Positions 12,230 through 24,199 of a DNA stretch of 64,000 bases are shown piece by piece. This stretch comes from Takakia lepidozioides (lineage: Eukaryota; Plantae; Bryophyta). Numbering within the stretch: the stretch's first letter is position 1; each line of letters begins with the position of its first letter. The stretch is from assembly GCA_030704615.1 (NCBI GenBank), contig CM060732.1:37200001-37264000 (forward strand), read 5' to 3'. The notes beneath the pieces are model-generated. The model was given only the letters and a program-made list of their open reading frames with translations, had not been told where the DNA came from and did no database searches. Position numbers and translations under genes: made by a program.

Positions 12230-12801
12230 TGTCACAGACATAGCCCAGAGGAACTTACCAGGAGTAAATACCAGAAGTTACCAAGTAACCATGTTACCGA
12301 AAGTTATCGTGATCTACCATGATTTACCATAAGTTACCATTAGTTACCAAGTTACCGGGAGTTTACCAAATTACCGAGAGTAACTTGGGAAACTGCTCAG
12401 GAAGCTTCATTTGGAGGAAATTAAGATACCTTCTTTGTTTAAGAAAACTTCTCCATCAAGAAACCTCCTTTGGGGAAGCCTCTTAGGGAACCTCCTAGTA
12501 GCCAGTATATATAGGAGGCGAGACTGGAAACTCTTCAGTCTCGCCAACACAAGTTCAAGGTACTCTTGTTTCCAGTCCCAGTACTCTAGTCTAGCTTCCA
12601 GTACTCTAATCCAGTTTCCAGTATCTAGTACTCTACTCCAATCTCCAGCATTCCAGTATCTTGTACTCTTGTCCATTGTTATAAAGATCATCTTGATTCA
12701 TACCCATCATGCATTCGGCCACGCCGACCTTGACTTCTTGTCTAGTCTTGTACCTCTAGTCTGATCTCTTGTTGTGTTCAGTCATGCTCTCGTCATTGAC
12801 A
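12230..12801 (+). mobile_element. 5' LTR of a Ty3/gypsy chromovirus (plus-strand copy)
   Basis: TGTCA...TGACA ends, TATA at 12506-12513, reverse-complement homolog of 12848-13464; no flanking TSD; followed by a PBS-like segment. Confidence 0.85.
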
Positions 12802-12818
12802 GTTTGGAGAGACTGAAG
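12802..12818 (+). other. Putative self-priming primer-binding site
   Basis: ttggagagactgaag (12804-12818) is complementary (14/15) to cttcagtctcgccaa (12533-12547), 20 nt after the LTR TATA box. Confidence 0.7.
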
Positions 12819-12847
12819 TTTGTTCCTTAGTTAGTTAAGATAGAAGG

Positions 12848-15800
12848 TGTCAAGGACGAGAACATGACTGAACGCAAACAAGCGATAAGACTAGAGGTAC
12901 AAGGCTAAACAAGAAGTCAAGGTCGGCGTGGCCGAATGCACGATGAGTAAATATGAATCAAGACGATCTTTATAACAATGAACAAGAGTACAAGATATTG
13001 GAACACGACTTGAATACTGGAATGCTGGAAACTGGACTGGAGTACCAGATACTGGAAACTGGGCTAGGGTACTGGGAACTGGAAATAAGAGTAGCTTGAA
13101 CTGGTGTTGGCGAGACTGAAGAGTGTCCAGTCTCGCCTCCTATATATATAGTGGCTACTAAGAAGCTTCCCTAAGAAGCTTCCCATATGGAGGTTGCTTG
13201 CTGGAGAAGTTTCCAAGATTAAACAAAGGTTTCTTGATGGAAAAGCATCCTTAAATAATAAATGAGGTATCTTGATGGAGAAGTTTCCTCCAAATGAAGC
13301 TTCCTGAGTAGTTTCCCAAGTTACTTTTGGTAATTTGGTAAACTCCCAGTAACTTGGTAAGTAATGATAAATCATGGTAAGTCATGGTAACTTTCGATAA
13401 CATGGTAATTTGGTAACTTCTGGTATTTACTCCTGGTAAGTTCCTCTGGGCTATGTCCGTGACATCACCCCCTCATCTAGCGCCGAGTTCCTCGAGGAGC
13501 GGTAAAATCTTGGACTTGCTTAGAGCCAAAATCCGACAAATGGTACTTGCCAAGTATTCGGCTCTTCGTTCTTGACTCAAATGATTTATAGGTCCCTGCA
13601 ATCATCGATAGTGTTCAACACCTTGAACTTGGGACCACGCAGTGATTTGAGCATTCTGATTTTCGAAACTGCTTTCAAACATGATTTCGTTGCCCTCTGG
13701 GTCCGAAGCCTCAACCTCCAACAGAATTATCAGACTTCGAGTAGGCTCCACTTGCCATCGTACGGGGTCCAGACGAGGAAGTACGCGTCGCATTGGTGGC
13801 CCATCGTCTCGAGAGCGTCGGCGTGATATTGAAGGTCGTGAGAGTCGGAACGGCTAATCTGGTAGCTGGGTAAACGACAACTCCAATGTATCTGGTTCCT
13901 GCGACTCCATACTGTCAATATAAGATGCAAGAGTGTTGGAAGTGTAGCTATATATACTGATGTGTGGTGCTCCTCCCTCCTTAGCGTGTATCAGGTACAT
14001 TGAATGCGGAGTCTTCACCTTGAAGCTAACTTGGCTGACATCATCGTTGTGACGTCTTATTGACGTGTAGCTCGGGCTTAGCTGGATATTGTTGATGAAA
14101 CTCTTGGACTTTGTTAGATGCATTGGCGAGGTTGGATGAAGGTTCTCACGTTCGTTCGTTGATGTCGTAGCCTTTTCAATGTACGAAATACTCAAGACGT
14201 TTATATTTGATGCGAGAGTTTAGGACTTCGTCGACTTCATACTCAATTTCCTGATTGACTTCGATTGGTGGAGGTGGTACGGAAACTCTTCCTGGAATAT
14301 TCGATGGATGATACAACTCCAATAATGAAACATGAAAGACTGGATGGATGCGCATACTTCGTGGGAGTTCAAGCCGAAAATTGACCGGATTTATTTGTCG
14401 AATAGGTTTGAATGGGCCTAGGCGTTGATAATCCAACTTCCTTGATGGTCCTGAGGTTTGTATGTCCCGTCGAAGGAGCCACACACGATCTCCGACCTTG
14501 AACTGGGGTTGGAGTTATCGACATTGATCTGCATACTCTTTGTATTGTTTTTGAGCTTCTGCGAGGTGGAATGTAAGCTCCTTGCGAATCGTAGCAAGAT
14601 GAGTAACAAGGTTTTCTGCAGCAGGGCTTCCAACAGTCTTCATGTGGAAAGGGTTTGCTCGAGGATGATGACCATAATTGGAGAAAAATAGAGTTTGCTG
14701 GGTCGAAGAATGTATAGTGTTGTTGTAGGCAAACTCAGCCAATGACAGAAGGTCCGTCCAATTATCTTGGTGATAATTTATCGTACAGCGAAGATACTGC
14801 TCCAAAATCTGGTTTACACGTTCGGTTTGACCATCAGTCTGTGGATGATTAGCTGTAGAAAGGTTGATATCAGTATCCAATATGTGAAATAATCCCCTTC
14901 AAAAATTTGATATGAACTGTGGTCCTCGATCAGATATGATGTCCTTCGGGAGTCCATGAATGCGGTAGATATTATTGAGGAAAAGTCTTGCAGTTTCCTC
15001 GCCGGTAACTGTCTTATTACATGGAATAAAATGTGTTATCTTCATAAAACGATCTACAATAACAAGGATTGAATCAGTGGTCTAGGAGATTGTAAGGTCC
15101 GTAATAAATTCCATAGACACAGACGACCATGGACCCTTGGGAATGGGTAATGGTTGAAGAAGGCCGTAAGGTCGATGTCGTGGTCCCTTCGTTCTAGCAC
15201 ACGTGTCGCAAGATTTTATAAATTCTTTCACGAGTTTCCACATCTACGGCCACCAATAATCCCTGGATATCAATTCCATTGTTTTGTTGAAGCCGAAATG
15301 TCCTGCAGCCGGAAGATCATGATATGTTTGAAGAATTCGAAGTCGTGTAGGTCGTGAAGGTACATAGAGAAGTCCCTTGAAATAAAGTAAGTCATCTTTG
15401 AACTCGAAGTCGTTTGTAACATGTGGGTTGTCTCGAGGTCGATTTAGTTGACTTCGTAGTGTCATAGCGAATTGGTCGCTCTTCAGTGCTTCCTGAATCT
15501 CCTTTATGATCTCGACATCGTCATAGGTGGACATGGATAATATATTCAATTGGAGATTTGTTGGTTTCAAGATGATGGATTTCTGTTGGTCAAAAGCTGC
15601 ATCCCCTTCCTTTGGCGCAAGATACGATCGTCGAGAAAGAGCATCTGGTTTTCCTTGAAGATGTCCGGGACGGTAGGTAATAACAAAATCAAACCTTGCT
15701 AGTGACATACTCCATCTCGCTTGACATCGATTCAAAACACGAGGACTCATAAAATATTCGAGGTTTTTGTGATCGGTATAGACAGTGACCTGATGTTTAG

Positions 15801-16290
15801 CTCCCTCCAATAGATGACGCCACTCCTCAAAAGCATCGATAATCGCTAGAAGTTCTTTGTCATGGATTTCATAATTGATCTCCGCAGTGGAAAATTTGCG
15901 AGAACGAAAACCAACAGGGTGGAGTCGGCCATCTGTACCGTATTGTGAGAGTACCGCGCCAAGTGCAAAATCCGATGCATCTGCTTCTAAGAAGAATGGT
16001 TTAGATGGGTCTGCATGTACCAGTATTGAAGCCGTTGTAAATGCCTGCTTCAACCTTTCAAATGCCTGCTCAGCCTTCTTGTCCCATGCCTTCCCTGTGA
16101 GTCGTGTCAATGGTGCAGCAATTTTGGAGTAGTCATTGATGAAGATTCTATAGAAATTTGCGAAACCCAGAAAACATTGTACATCTCGGACCGAAGTTGG
16201 TTTAATCCACTCGATGATGGTTTGTATTTTCTTCTGATCCATAAAGACGCCTTTGTCGGAAATAATGTAGCCCAGAAATTTGACCTCAGA
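12848..16290 (-). mobile_element. Ty3/gypsy chromovirus (Tf1/Tcn1-like), 5'-truncated: RT end, RNase H, integrase, chromodomain, PPT, 3' LTR
   Basis: 3' LTR 12848-13464; PPT gagggggtga at 13465-13474; [65 protein letters not shown], chromodomain EYEVDEVLNSR. Confidence 0.93.
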
Positions 16291-16490
16291 TTGCCACCCC
16301 ATTACGACTCCCTAAGCTACCACCACCCCACGTGGGAGCGCCCCCCCCCTTCAACCTGGTGTGCGGGGCTCCACCTAGCTCCTCCTTACCTCCTCCAAAT
16401 TTGCTATGCTTCAGCCCCATACCCACCGTTGCCACCGCCCCCACCACAGGGGCAGCCCCTCTTGTGTCCCAACCCCCCGCCTCTCAAGGC
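16291..16490. mobile_element. Diverged fragment of the solo-LTR family at 25834/34261, truncating the chromovirus RT
   Basis: Aligns by eye with 26334-26545 (ggtgtgcggggctccacctag, gccaccgcccccaccacaggggcagcc). Confidence 0.7.
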
Positions 16491-16509
16491 ATCCTGAAAC
16501 CACCATGCC

Positions 16510-17436
16510 ATGTGGTTCATCCATAGGTCGAATGTGGGGTCGGACACTTTGTCAGGTTTTGGGAAGCTCTACATGTCCCGAATACTCTGAGACCCATTCC
16601 ATATTTGGAGCCATCGGGTCTGTCCAACCAATGTAGATATTCGTAAGCGAAATAAACAATGGGAACACATTGTTGCATGAAGAGGAAAAGTTGGTTCAGA
16701 ATGACTAACCTCTCAGTTGCATTCACACACGCTGCATGTGGCTAGATGATGTAGTTTCTTGATTGTCATTGTTGGCTTAAGAGCCCGAGAGTATTGCTTC
16801 CCCACCTCCACAAGAAAGTCGTCACCGAATGCCGAACCAGCAATGGCCACGTACTTCACCATCCTAGACTCGTACTTGATTCGCGCCTTTGCCTCGGCAG
16901 CACTGAGATACAATTCAAGTGCACCCAGGGTAAGTTTCTTCTCCTCCGACTCCATGTAGAACCTCCTTGCATGTGCCAAATCTTGGTCAATTCTGGTCTG
17001 TCAACAAAGCACATAGCAATTACAAAGCATGGTCTTCAAATTCAACAGCAAGAAATCAAGAAATGAGGAAATGAAGAGAGCAGAACGCAATATCCGAAAG
17101 ATATAGTCCACCATGGCGTCCATGCTCATCTTCCTCTGGCTCAATTGGCATATTGGAGGCAGTGTGAGGTGGGGGGGCAGATCGGTCAGTTAAAGACACT
17201 GCAGTAGTGGCCAATGCATTGACATTGTCGTTGTCTATTGGACCTGAAGACACCGTACCAATGGCAAAGGCACTGACGTTGTCCATTTGACCTGTTGCTT
17301 GAGCCTGGTGGGCTAGGAAGAAGGCATCACCCGATTGCCTCAAATGTCTGGCAGGTGGGGGCGCATGCATGCTTGGGCGATTGATTCTGCTCATAGGATT
17401 GTTGTGCGCACCCTTGAACTGAAAATTAGGACCCAT
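16510..17436 (-). pseudogene. Unidentified, probably spliced and decayed coding remnant
   Basis: Consecutive ORFs 17056-17436 and 16713-16979 with protein-like composition; family not recognised. Confidence 0.3.
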
Positions 17437-18456
17437 CTTCGACTGATAAAGAGAGGTTCGCTTAATCGATAGAGGGAGATGCGGCTTGCCCGTAGTCTAG
17501 AACACGATCTGGAGAGAGGCTTGGGGAGAGACACTCTTGGTATAGGCAAAGGGTGGTGAAAGGATGAGAGCAGTAAAAGGTGGCTGACTGTCTCCTCAGC
17601 CTTTAATGAATGATAGCTCCAATTAGGCCAAAATATCGGCACTGTGAGAATGGGGGCGCATTGAAGCGAAAAATTTTCTCGAAAAAAACATCAGGATGAA
17701 GGTAGATAGATACATGTCTGTGTTAAATAAGCTTGATGAAGATTGATTTGTAGTTGAAAAATTCTGGAGCTCCGTTCATCAGAGGGCTTCTAGCTTTGAT
17801 GAGCATGAGTAAAGGATTGCAAGTAGAAGAGACACTGAAGACAATGACGGTTAGACAGAAAGGAAAGTGGCTTTGTCTCGCAGATCGCTCGACGAGCTTG
17901 ACTTACCGTTGCTTCTCTCCCCTCACCGCAACATGCGGAGCTACATCTCGCCCCCGCAATCTCTATTTTTAATCTTTGCTCTTTTGCATTTACTGTAGAG
18001 TCAGATAGGAGTTATTTTCGTATCTTGGACTTTATCTTTGTTCGGAGAGGCTGGCTCGAACTACACTGATCATAGTGGGTGTACCTCATGGTGTAAGGGG
18101 GTTTTAATTTTTTTTTTCCCCATCAAATAATTTATAATAAACATATCAGGGATATAACCCCCTGTTCCTTTATATATATATATATAATGTTAAATTCGTA
18201 CATACCCGTATACATACCGCCCTAATATGTCAACTCCATTTCAGACCTACTCCTAGCTGGCATCCGACTCCTCACGCAGTGCCATAAGGAGCGACTTGGG
18301 GAAGAACAGACTCTCTCTCTTACACGCTGTCTCTGCAAGCGCCTATGGCTTACGAACAATAACCAATACCTCTATGCGATAATCATACCTTCATGCTTTA
18401 CACACTCTACAGTATCTTGCAGCTGTTTAGAGCAAGGCCACCTTGTTTTAGTAGCG

Positions 18457-20584
18457 ATGAGAAGAGGCAGGGAAATGGATGGTCTGAGGGTCAAGAGCAG
18501 TTTGCCGCTGCAGAAGAAGAGCATTGCAACTCCCGATGCAATGAAGCTCTTGGAAGAATTACAGTTGCAGTGCCTTCTCCAGAAGGACTGATCTTTGCAT
18601 CACAAGGAGCTGATGAAAGAGTTTGTAAGCAACTTTGATGCGGCCAGAGGTTCTACACGAGTAAAAGGGATACCAATTCACATTACAACAGAGTACTTGC
18701 AGAGTGTATTCAGTTTTCCAGAAGGGGGAAAACCAATCGAAGCAAGGAAAACCAGTTGGCAGATCAAAGATCTCTTCAGTGAGCAGGATTATTCTCAAAG
18801 TCAGGGCTACAAGTGTTTCAATGCACTTCATCCAGGGTTAAAGGAGGTTGGGCCAGCTCTTAATGTACTGTTTCATTTGAAACAGAGTCAGATGTATCTC
18901 AGTAAGTCATTTACTGAGGAGATTATTAAGGCTTTGAGGGGAGAGAGGGTGCTGTGGGCTAGCATGATGCAGCATGCATTGATAGAAGAGATGAAGCGCC
19001 TCCAGGAAAAGTCAGGTAAAGCTGTTGTAGTCTCAGCCCCCATAATTGCGCAATTGATTCTGGAGACTTGTCCCCTCACCAAGGAGGAGCGCAAGACCAT
19101 GGGTCTAGTTGAGTTGGAGGCCACCGCGGTTGAGCAGCAGGGATCCGCTCACAGTGCAGATTGTCTGGAAGGACAGGGGGAGGCTAAAAGGCAAAAGGTA
19201 ATGAGGCTTGAGCATGTTGGAAACCAGCAACAGCAGGATATAGTGCAACCAGTGGAGGAGGAGCAAGAAATCACTTCACAACCAGACCCATTACAGCAAC
19301 TCGCCCTGGTTTCCCAGCAGGAGGTAACCCCGCAAGTCCTTGCATTTTCGACTGACCATCTCTCTCATATTCCTTCCATAGAGCAGGTTGCGGTGGAGAT
19401 TGGACAGGGGAAGTTGACAGGGGAGATTGGACAAGAGAACCCTACGATAACCCTTTGTCTTTCCAACTCAATTGCCTCAAGAGGACATGGTTGTTGGAAG
19501 TGAGCTAGAGGTTAGCCAGCCAGGACCTTCGGCAGCGGAGGATGTGAAGTCCCAAAGCCAAGTTCATCCTTGGCTACTCAGGGCATTCCAGCCACCAAGC
19601 AGCCAGGAAGACACGCAGGAGGCCATGACACTCGCCTCCATGCAAATGACTTTTAATCTTCTTGGCAACTACTTCAAGACTCATGTACCATCAGAACAGC
19701 TGGGAGCTCTGAGAGAGGAGCTCAGCTAGAGTACGAGAGTAGGATTTCATTCCTGCAGCAAGAAAGACTTGACATTGGGACTGGAGCAAAGCTCCAACAG
19801 GATTTGCAAGAAGCTAATGCTGCCCTGCAACTTGAGAAGGAGCACCTTATTCAGGCAGCACTTGAGCAGAAGCGGTTGGAGGCTGCTCACCAGCAGCAAA
19901 TACTTGAGCTACAGGCTAACCATTATGCAGCTCTTGCATCTGAAAAAGTGGTTAATGCTGGGTTAGCTTCGGCTAACCTGGAACTTTCAAAGAAGTCTGG
20001 CGACTTCGTGGCTAAGTTAGCAGAAGCAGACAGGCAGATTAGGGCCCAATCCAAGCTTTACATACAGGAAAAGACAGACTGATCAGCAGAGGGAGACCAT
20101 ATCCATCATGAAGGAGACTATTACTCGCCATGAAGCATCCATCAAGGAGCTGAGGCTCAACAAGCAAGAGAAGGAGCAAGAAGTCTTGCAACTCCGCCAG
20201 ACTATCACTGTGTTGAAAAACACAATGTCTGAGGCTGAAGGAGGCAGAAAGCAAGCCAACAACATGATGGCCGCCTATGCAGCATTGGTAGAACCATACC
20301 AGAAGAGAATGTTGCAGCTAGAGCAACAGCATAAGCCATGCAAGCTCAGGGAGGAGCAGGCTCTTAGGGCTTCCACTCAGGAGTCAGTGGATAGCCACCT
20401 TATGCAGCTCTGGTTGAAAGAAGGACCAACAGAGGGCAAAGGAAGGAAGCTTACCAAAGAGGAGGTCCAGAGACTCAGGGAGAAAGTGCTAGAGATTGCA
20501 ACCGGCACTACGCCAACTGGTGCAGGATACCTAGGAGTCGCTGGAAGCAGCGAAAGTGCTCACCAAGAGGCTGCAGAGTACTGA
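18457..20584 (+). pseudogene. Retrotransposon accessory-type ORF (plant transposon protein-like N-terminus plus long coiled coil), disrupted
   Basis: ELMKEFVSNF...VKGIPIHITTEYLQSVFSFP...GERVLWA pattern; intronless; Glu/Gln-rich heptads split over ORFs 18595, 19472, 19804 and 20108. Confidence 0.5.
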
Positions 20585-20699
20585 GGCAAGCCTTGCTGCT
20601 GCTCAGGTATGTGTGAAAGGGCGAGAAGTTTCTCTTCAGTTTTGCTCATGTTTTTATTATTAGGTTTTTTTACTTAGCTGAGGCAATTTTGTTGTGGAT

Positions 20700-22530
20700 A
20701 CCAGGAAACAGCAGCATCTGCACAGGCCACAGTGAAACAGATAAGGCTGGAGGGGAAATAGCTGTGCAGCAAAGTCAATCTCTATCCGGCATTCAGGAAG
20801 TCCCCTACACTGACAAGGAAGGAGGAAATAGTCCTGAAGAAAGACGGAATAGAGCTCAGGAGTGTGAGATGAGGCATGTGAGGAAATCATGCAATTACAC
20901 CTTGAGCTGGAAACAATAGATTGTACTCATAAGACGTTGTTTGCCGTAGCCTTGTGGCCATTGACCCCGCGCCCAGTTTGAGCGGGAACAAAAGGGACAG
21001 AACCTACCTCTTTCAGGGGCTGACGTTGGTAGTGTGACTTACCATCATATATAGAATTAATCCGGGTTTTCCAGATATCCTCTAGAAATCCCTTCACACA
21101 AGCATCAATCTGCTGTGTGTGATTTGCCCAAAAACTAGGCCTCAGGAGGGCCTGGGCTTTTGGCTCAGCCTCGAGACTTTGAAAGTTTTTAAACAGGGGT
21201 ACAGGCACAATTCCCTTGATAGAATTGAAGAGAGCGTCTCTTTGGTGAGAGAACCCCGGACAGTGTATCAGAAAGTGAATACTGTCTTCAGATTGCCCAC
21301 ACAGCGGGCAATTGCACTCTCCCTTTCCTCTCTGCTTCTGTTTGCTGTTCAAAGGTAGGTTTCCTGCCCTGAGTTTAAATTTCAGTCTAGTGCCGAGAGT
21401 GGGTAGACCCTTGAGGTCATCCAAGATGTCCTCCCCCATGTCACTGACTGGAAACAAGTTCAGGGAAACAATAGAAACTGTTTTGGAGGATGAACGCACA
21501 ATTCGAAAGACGATGGAGGAGAAGATTTCAAGCCTCAAACATCAAGGTTTGATTGATGCAGTCATCAACGATGATCAGGGTGAAATGCTACAAGTGCCAA
21601 TGAAGGAATTTGTCTCCCTGGAATGTTCAAAGCATCCACATGAAAATGGACAGCTGCAAGTCGAGTTGGCATCTGTGGAGGCTGTCTTGAGTGAGCAGTG
21701 TGTTGACTCAAAATCGCTGGAAGAAAAGATTGCTACACTTAACTGTCAGTTAGAAGCAGGAGGAACCCCAACCCAAAGTCAAGGTGTTGAAGAAGTTAGG
21801 GAGACGAAGTACTTCGATGCAGCTACACGGCTGCAATATTATTCACCAGAGTCACAAAAGCGTACACATCTTAGCCAACAACTGGATGACGTGACATGCC
21901 AGCGACAGACAGAAAGCTCTTGTGGAAGCCCTGGAGAGTCAGCATGTCTTTTGTGTAAATGAGCTTGAGAGTTGACATGTCGATCATGAAAAAACGATGG
22001 ACAGATTGAAGAGGAGGGACGCGAGGGAAAGGGTATTGAAGAACAAAATAGATCAATTGGAATGCGAGTTGATGAAGGAGCAAGAGCTCAGAGAGTTGGA
22101 GAAGGAAAATCAATGAAAGTAATGGAGGAGGAGGGAGGAGTTGTGGACAATGATGGTAGGGCTGCTCTTGAGGCCAAGTTGGAGGAAGCAAAGGGGGAGC
22201 TAGAAAGGTTCCAGGGAGAACAGGCCCTCGTTGAGGAGACTGGACCAAGAAATGGATGTGACACGCTCTCAAGCAGAGAGTGAGACAGCCCTGGCCATCA
22301 CTAGCATGCAATCTGAGCTGATGGAGTTGAGAAATGAGGCTGATGCTGCTGTCCTGATAGCAGCTGATGCAACAAAACAGCAGACACAGCTAACAAAAGA
22401 CCTTGAAGGCATACAACTCACACTGAAGAAGGTTGAGGAAGAGAATGTGAATTTGATCACAAAATATAATTCAATGGTGATTGAAAAAGATACAGATATC
22501 CAAGCTCTGTGGATAAAATGGGAGACTAAC
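20700..22530 (+). pseudogene. Kinesin-12 (POK-like) coiled-coil exon fragment, LINE-interrupted
   Basis: Removing the LINE restores EEIMQLHLELETIETVLEDER; later EMDVTRSQAESETALAITSMQSEL and EKDTDIQALWIKWE recall POK1/2 stalk motifs; frameshifts; no motor domain. Confidence 0.5.
20921..21463 (-). mobile_element. 5'-truncated LINE with 12-bp TSD
   Basis: TSD ggaaacaataga at 20909-20920 and 21464-21475; open C-terminal CPLC...HFLIHC zinc finger. Confidence 0.93.
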
Positions 22531-22559
22531 CCATGCCCAGTTTGGATGGAAACATAGGG

Positions 22560-22720
22560 AATAGACACTACCTTTGCGAGGGGCTCACGCTAGTTGTGTG
22601 ACTTTCCTTTATGTAAACACTTCGTTTGTGCTTTCCGGATATCCTCTAGAAAGCCATTCACACAAGCATCAACTTGTTGTGTAAGCAGCCCAAAAGCCAG
22701 ACCCCAAGAGGTCGAGGGCT
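22560..22720 (-). mobile_element. Old diverged LINE 3' fragment
   Basis: gatatcctctagaaagccattcacacaagcatcaa matches the family sequence at 21074-21110. Confidence 0.6.
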
Positions 22721-23212
22721 AAGGGATGGACGTTTGTGTGGATGAATGGTGTGAGAGAGAGAGCGCTGGTGGATGGGTTGCCTTGAAAGGGTTGCTACCA
22801 GTGTTGGGCAATTCTTTATTCTTGGCAAACCCCCAGCATTCCAGGACCGCCCAGTAACATGTGGAGGGGACACTATTGAGAAATTGGACATACATAGAAA
22901 CTGCGAAGGTGAAGTGGGGCCATACTTTGTGCACCCAACCGGACTTGCAGCCTGAAGGCTAGTGGTTCTTAGCACCACCATAGAACCTTGTGGGCTGCAA
23001 GTATATTTTTTATTCTTGTTTTTTTAAGGGAAACATCTGGGAGATCACCGCCGACAAATCAGGCCCCCTAAGTCAATGAGAGGGAAAACTAACCTCTTTC
23101 TAGATAACCTTTTGTGAGTGCCAAGCACAAAGTTCAAGGCTTGGCACATCCCATTGACTCCATGGGGAAGACAAGAGGGGGGTGGGGAAGTAATATTCAA
23201 TTGGGGAGACAA

Positions 23213-23278
23213 CCAACATTTAGCCTAGTGGTAAGGGCATAAACCGCATCATTGGTTGTAGGTTCAAACCAGTGTTGG
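23213..23278 (+). other. tRNA-derived sequence (SINE head or tRNA pseudogene)
   Basis: A box tagcctagtgg 23221-23231, B box ggttcaaacc 23261-23270, acceptor-like stem ccaaca/tgttgg; anticodon arm degenerate. Confidence 0.6.
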
Positions 23279-24199
23279 ACGGTTTCAGTTATATATGTAT
23301 GATCTCCAGTGGAGGGCGCTAGATCATGAGCTTAGCAACGGGAGCTGAACTTGTCCGAACCTGTGGATTGATTATCGTGGGGGAACTAGCCTTGAAGGTT
23401 GTGGAGAACAATGCAAATACAACTGTCATTGAACAGCAAAAGAACCCCCATTGCTTGAGTAATTGGTAGGCAATAAGCCACAAACACAATAGCACTAGAA
23501 GAAAATTTTGCTTGTGTACTTGTGACATCCCATCTGCGTAGTAGATAAACTTGACACCTTGCTTGTAGTGCTAGTTCTAAATCTGACTTCAGTTGGTTCA
23601 AAATGCCTTAAAATAATTTGTAAGAATCCGACAACACTGTGTTTTGATGGACTGGATGAGGGCAACAATACCGACACTTGAAAAGAATTAAAATCTAAAA
23701 AAAGAAAACATCCAGTATCAGTATCGCTAAGTTGTCAAAAGCATTTCAGGTAGATACAAAAGTCGTCCGGATAATGTCAGGAATCACCAACAGTCTAAAA
23801 TATTCGGAATTTCTAGAATGACAAGCTCGGCAGCAAAGAGCTGCTGAGTATCATTCGCCTAAGGCTGTTAGTTGTCAAACCATAGATAAACAAAAATCAG
23901 AATAAATATGCACAAATTTTCGTAATTGCAGCTGTCCAGATTTCATTTCTATGTTATCCAGTAATCTTGACAATAGATGAAATTATATCGCATGCAAGCA
24001 TTTGCATTACATTTTTTGATGAAGATGAAGAAAACTCACTGATGAGATGTCAGGCTGATTTATTTGAATACCGAAAGTTTATGTGATTGTTGCAGTTGGT
24101 CATTATGCAATAGTTTTCTGGGCGAAACAAAATGAATTATGACTACTTTTGCATATTATGAACGTCTCTCATTTTTAAATAATTGGGAGTTTATGTCTC

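Noticed and set aside
12230-13464. DIRS-like inverted LTRs or a MITE
   Set aside because: No tyrosine recombinase; the PBS after one LTR and the PPT before the other fit two nested gypsy copies
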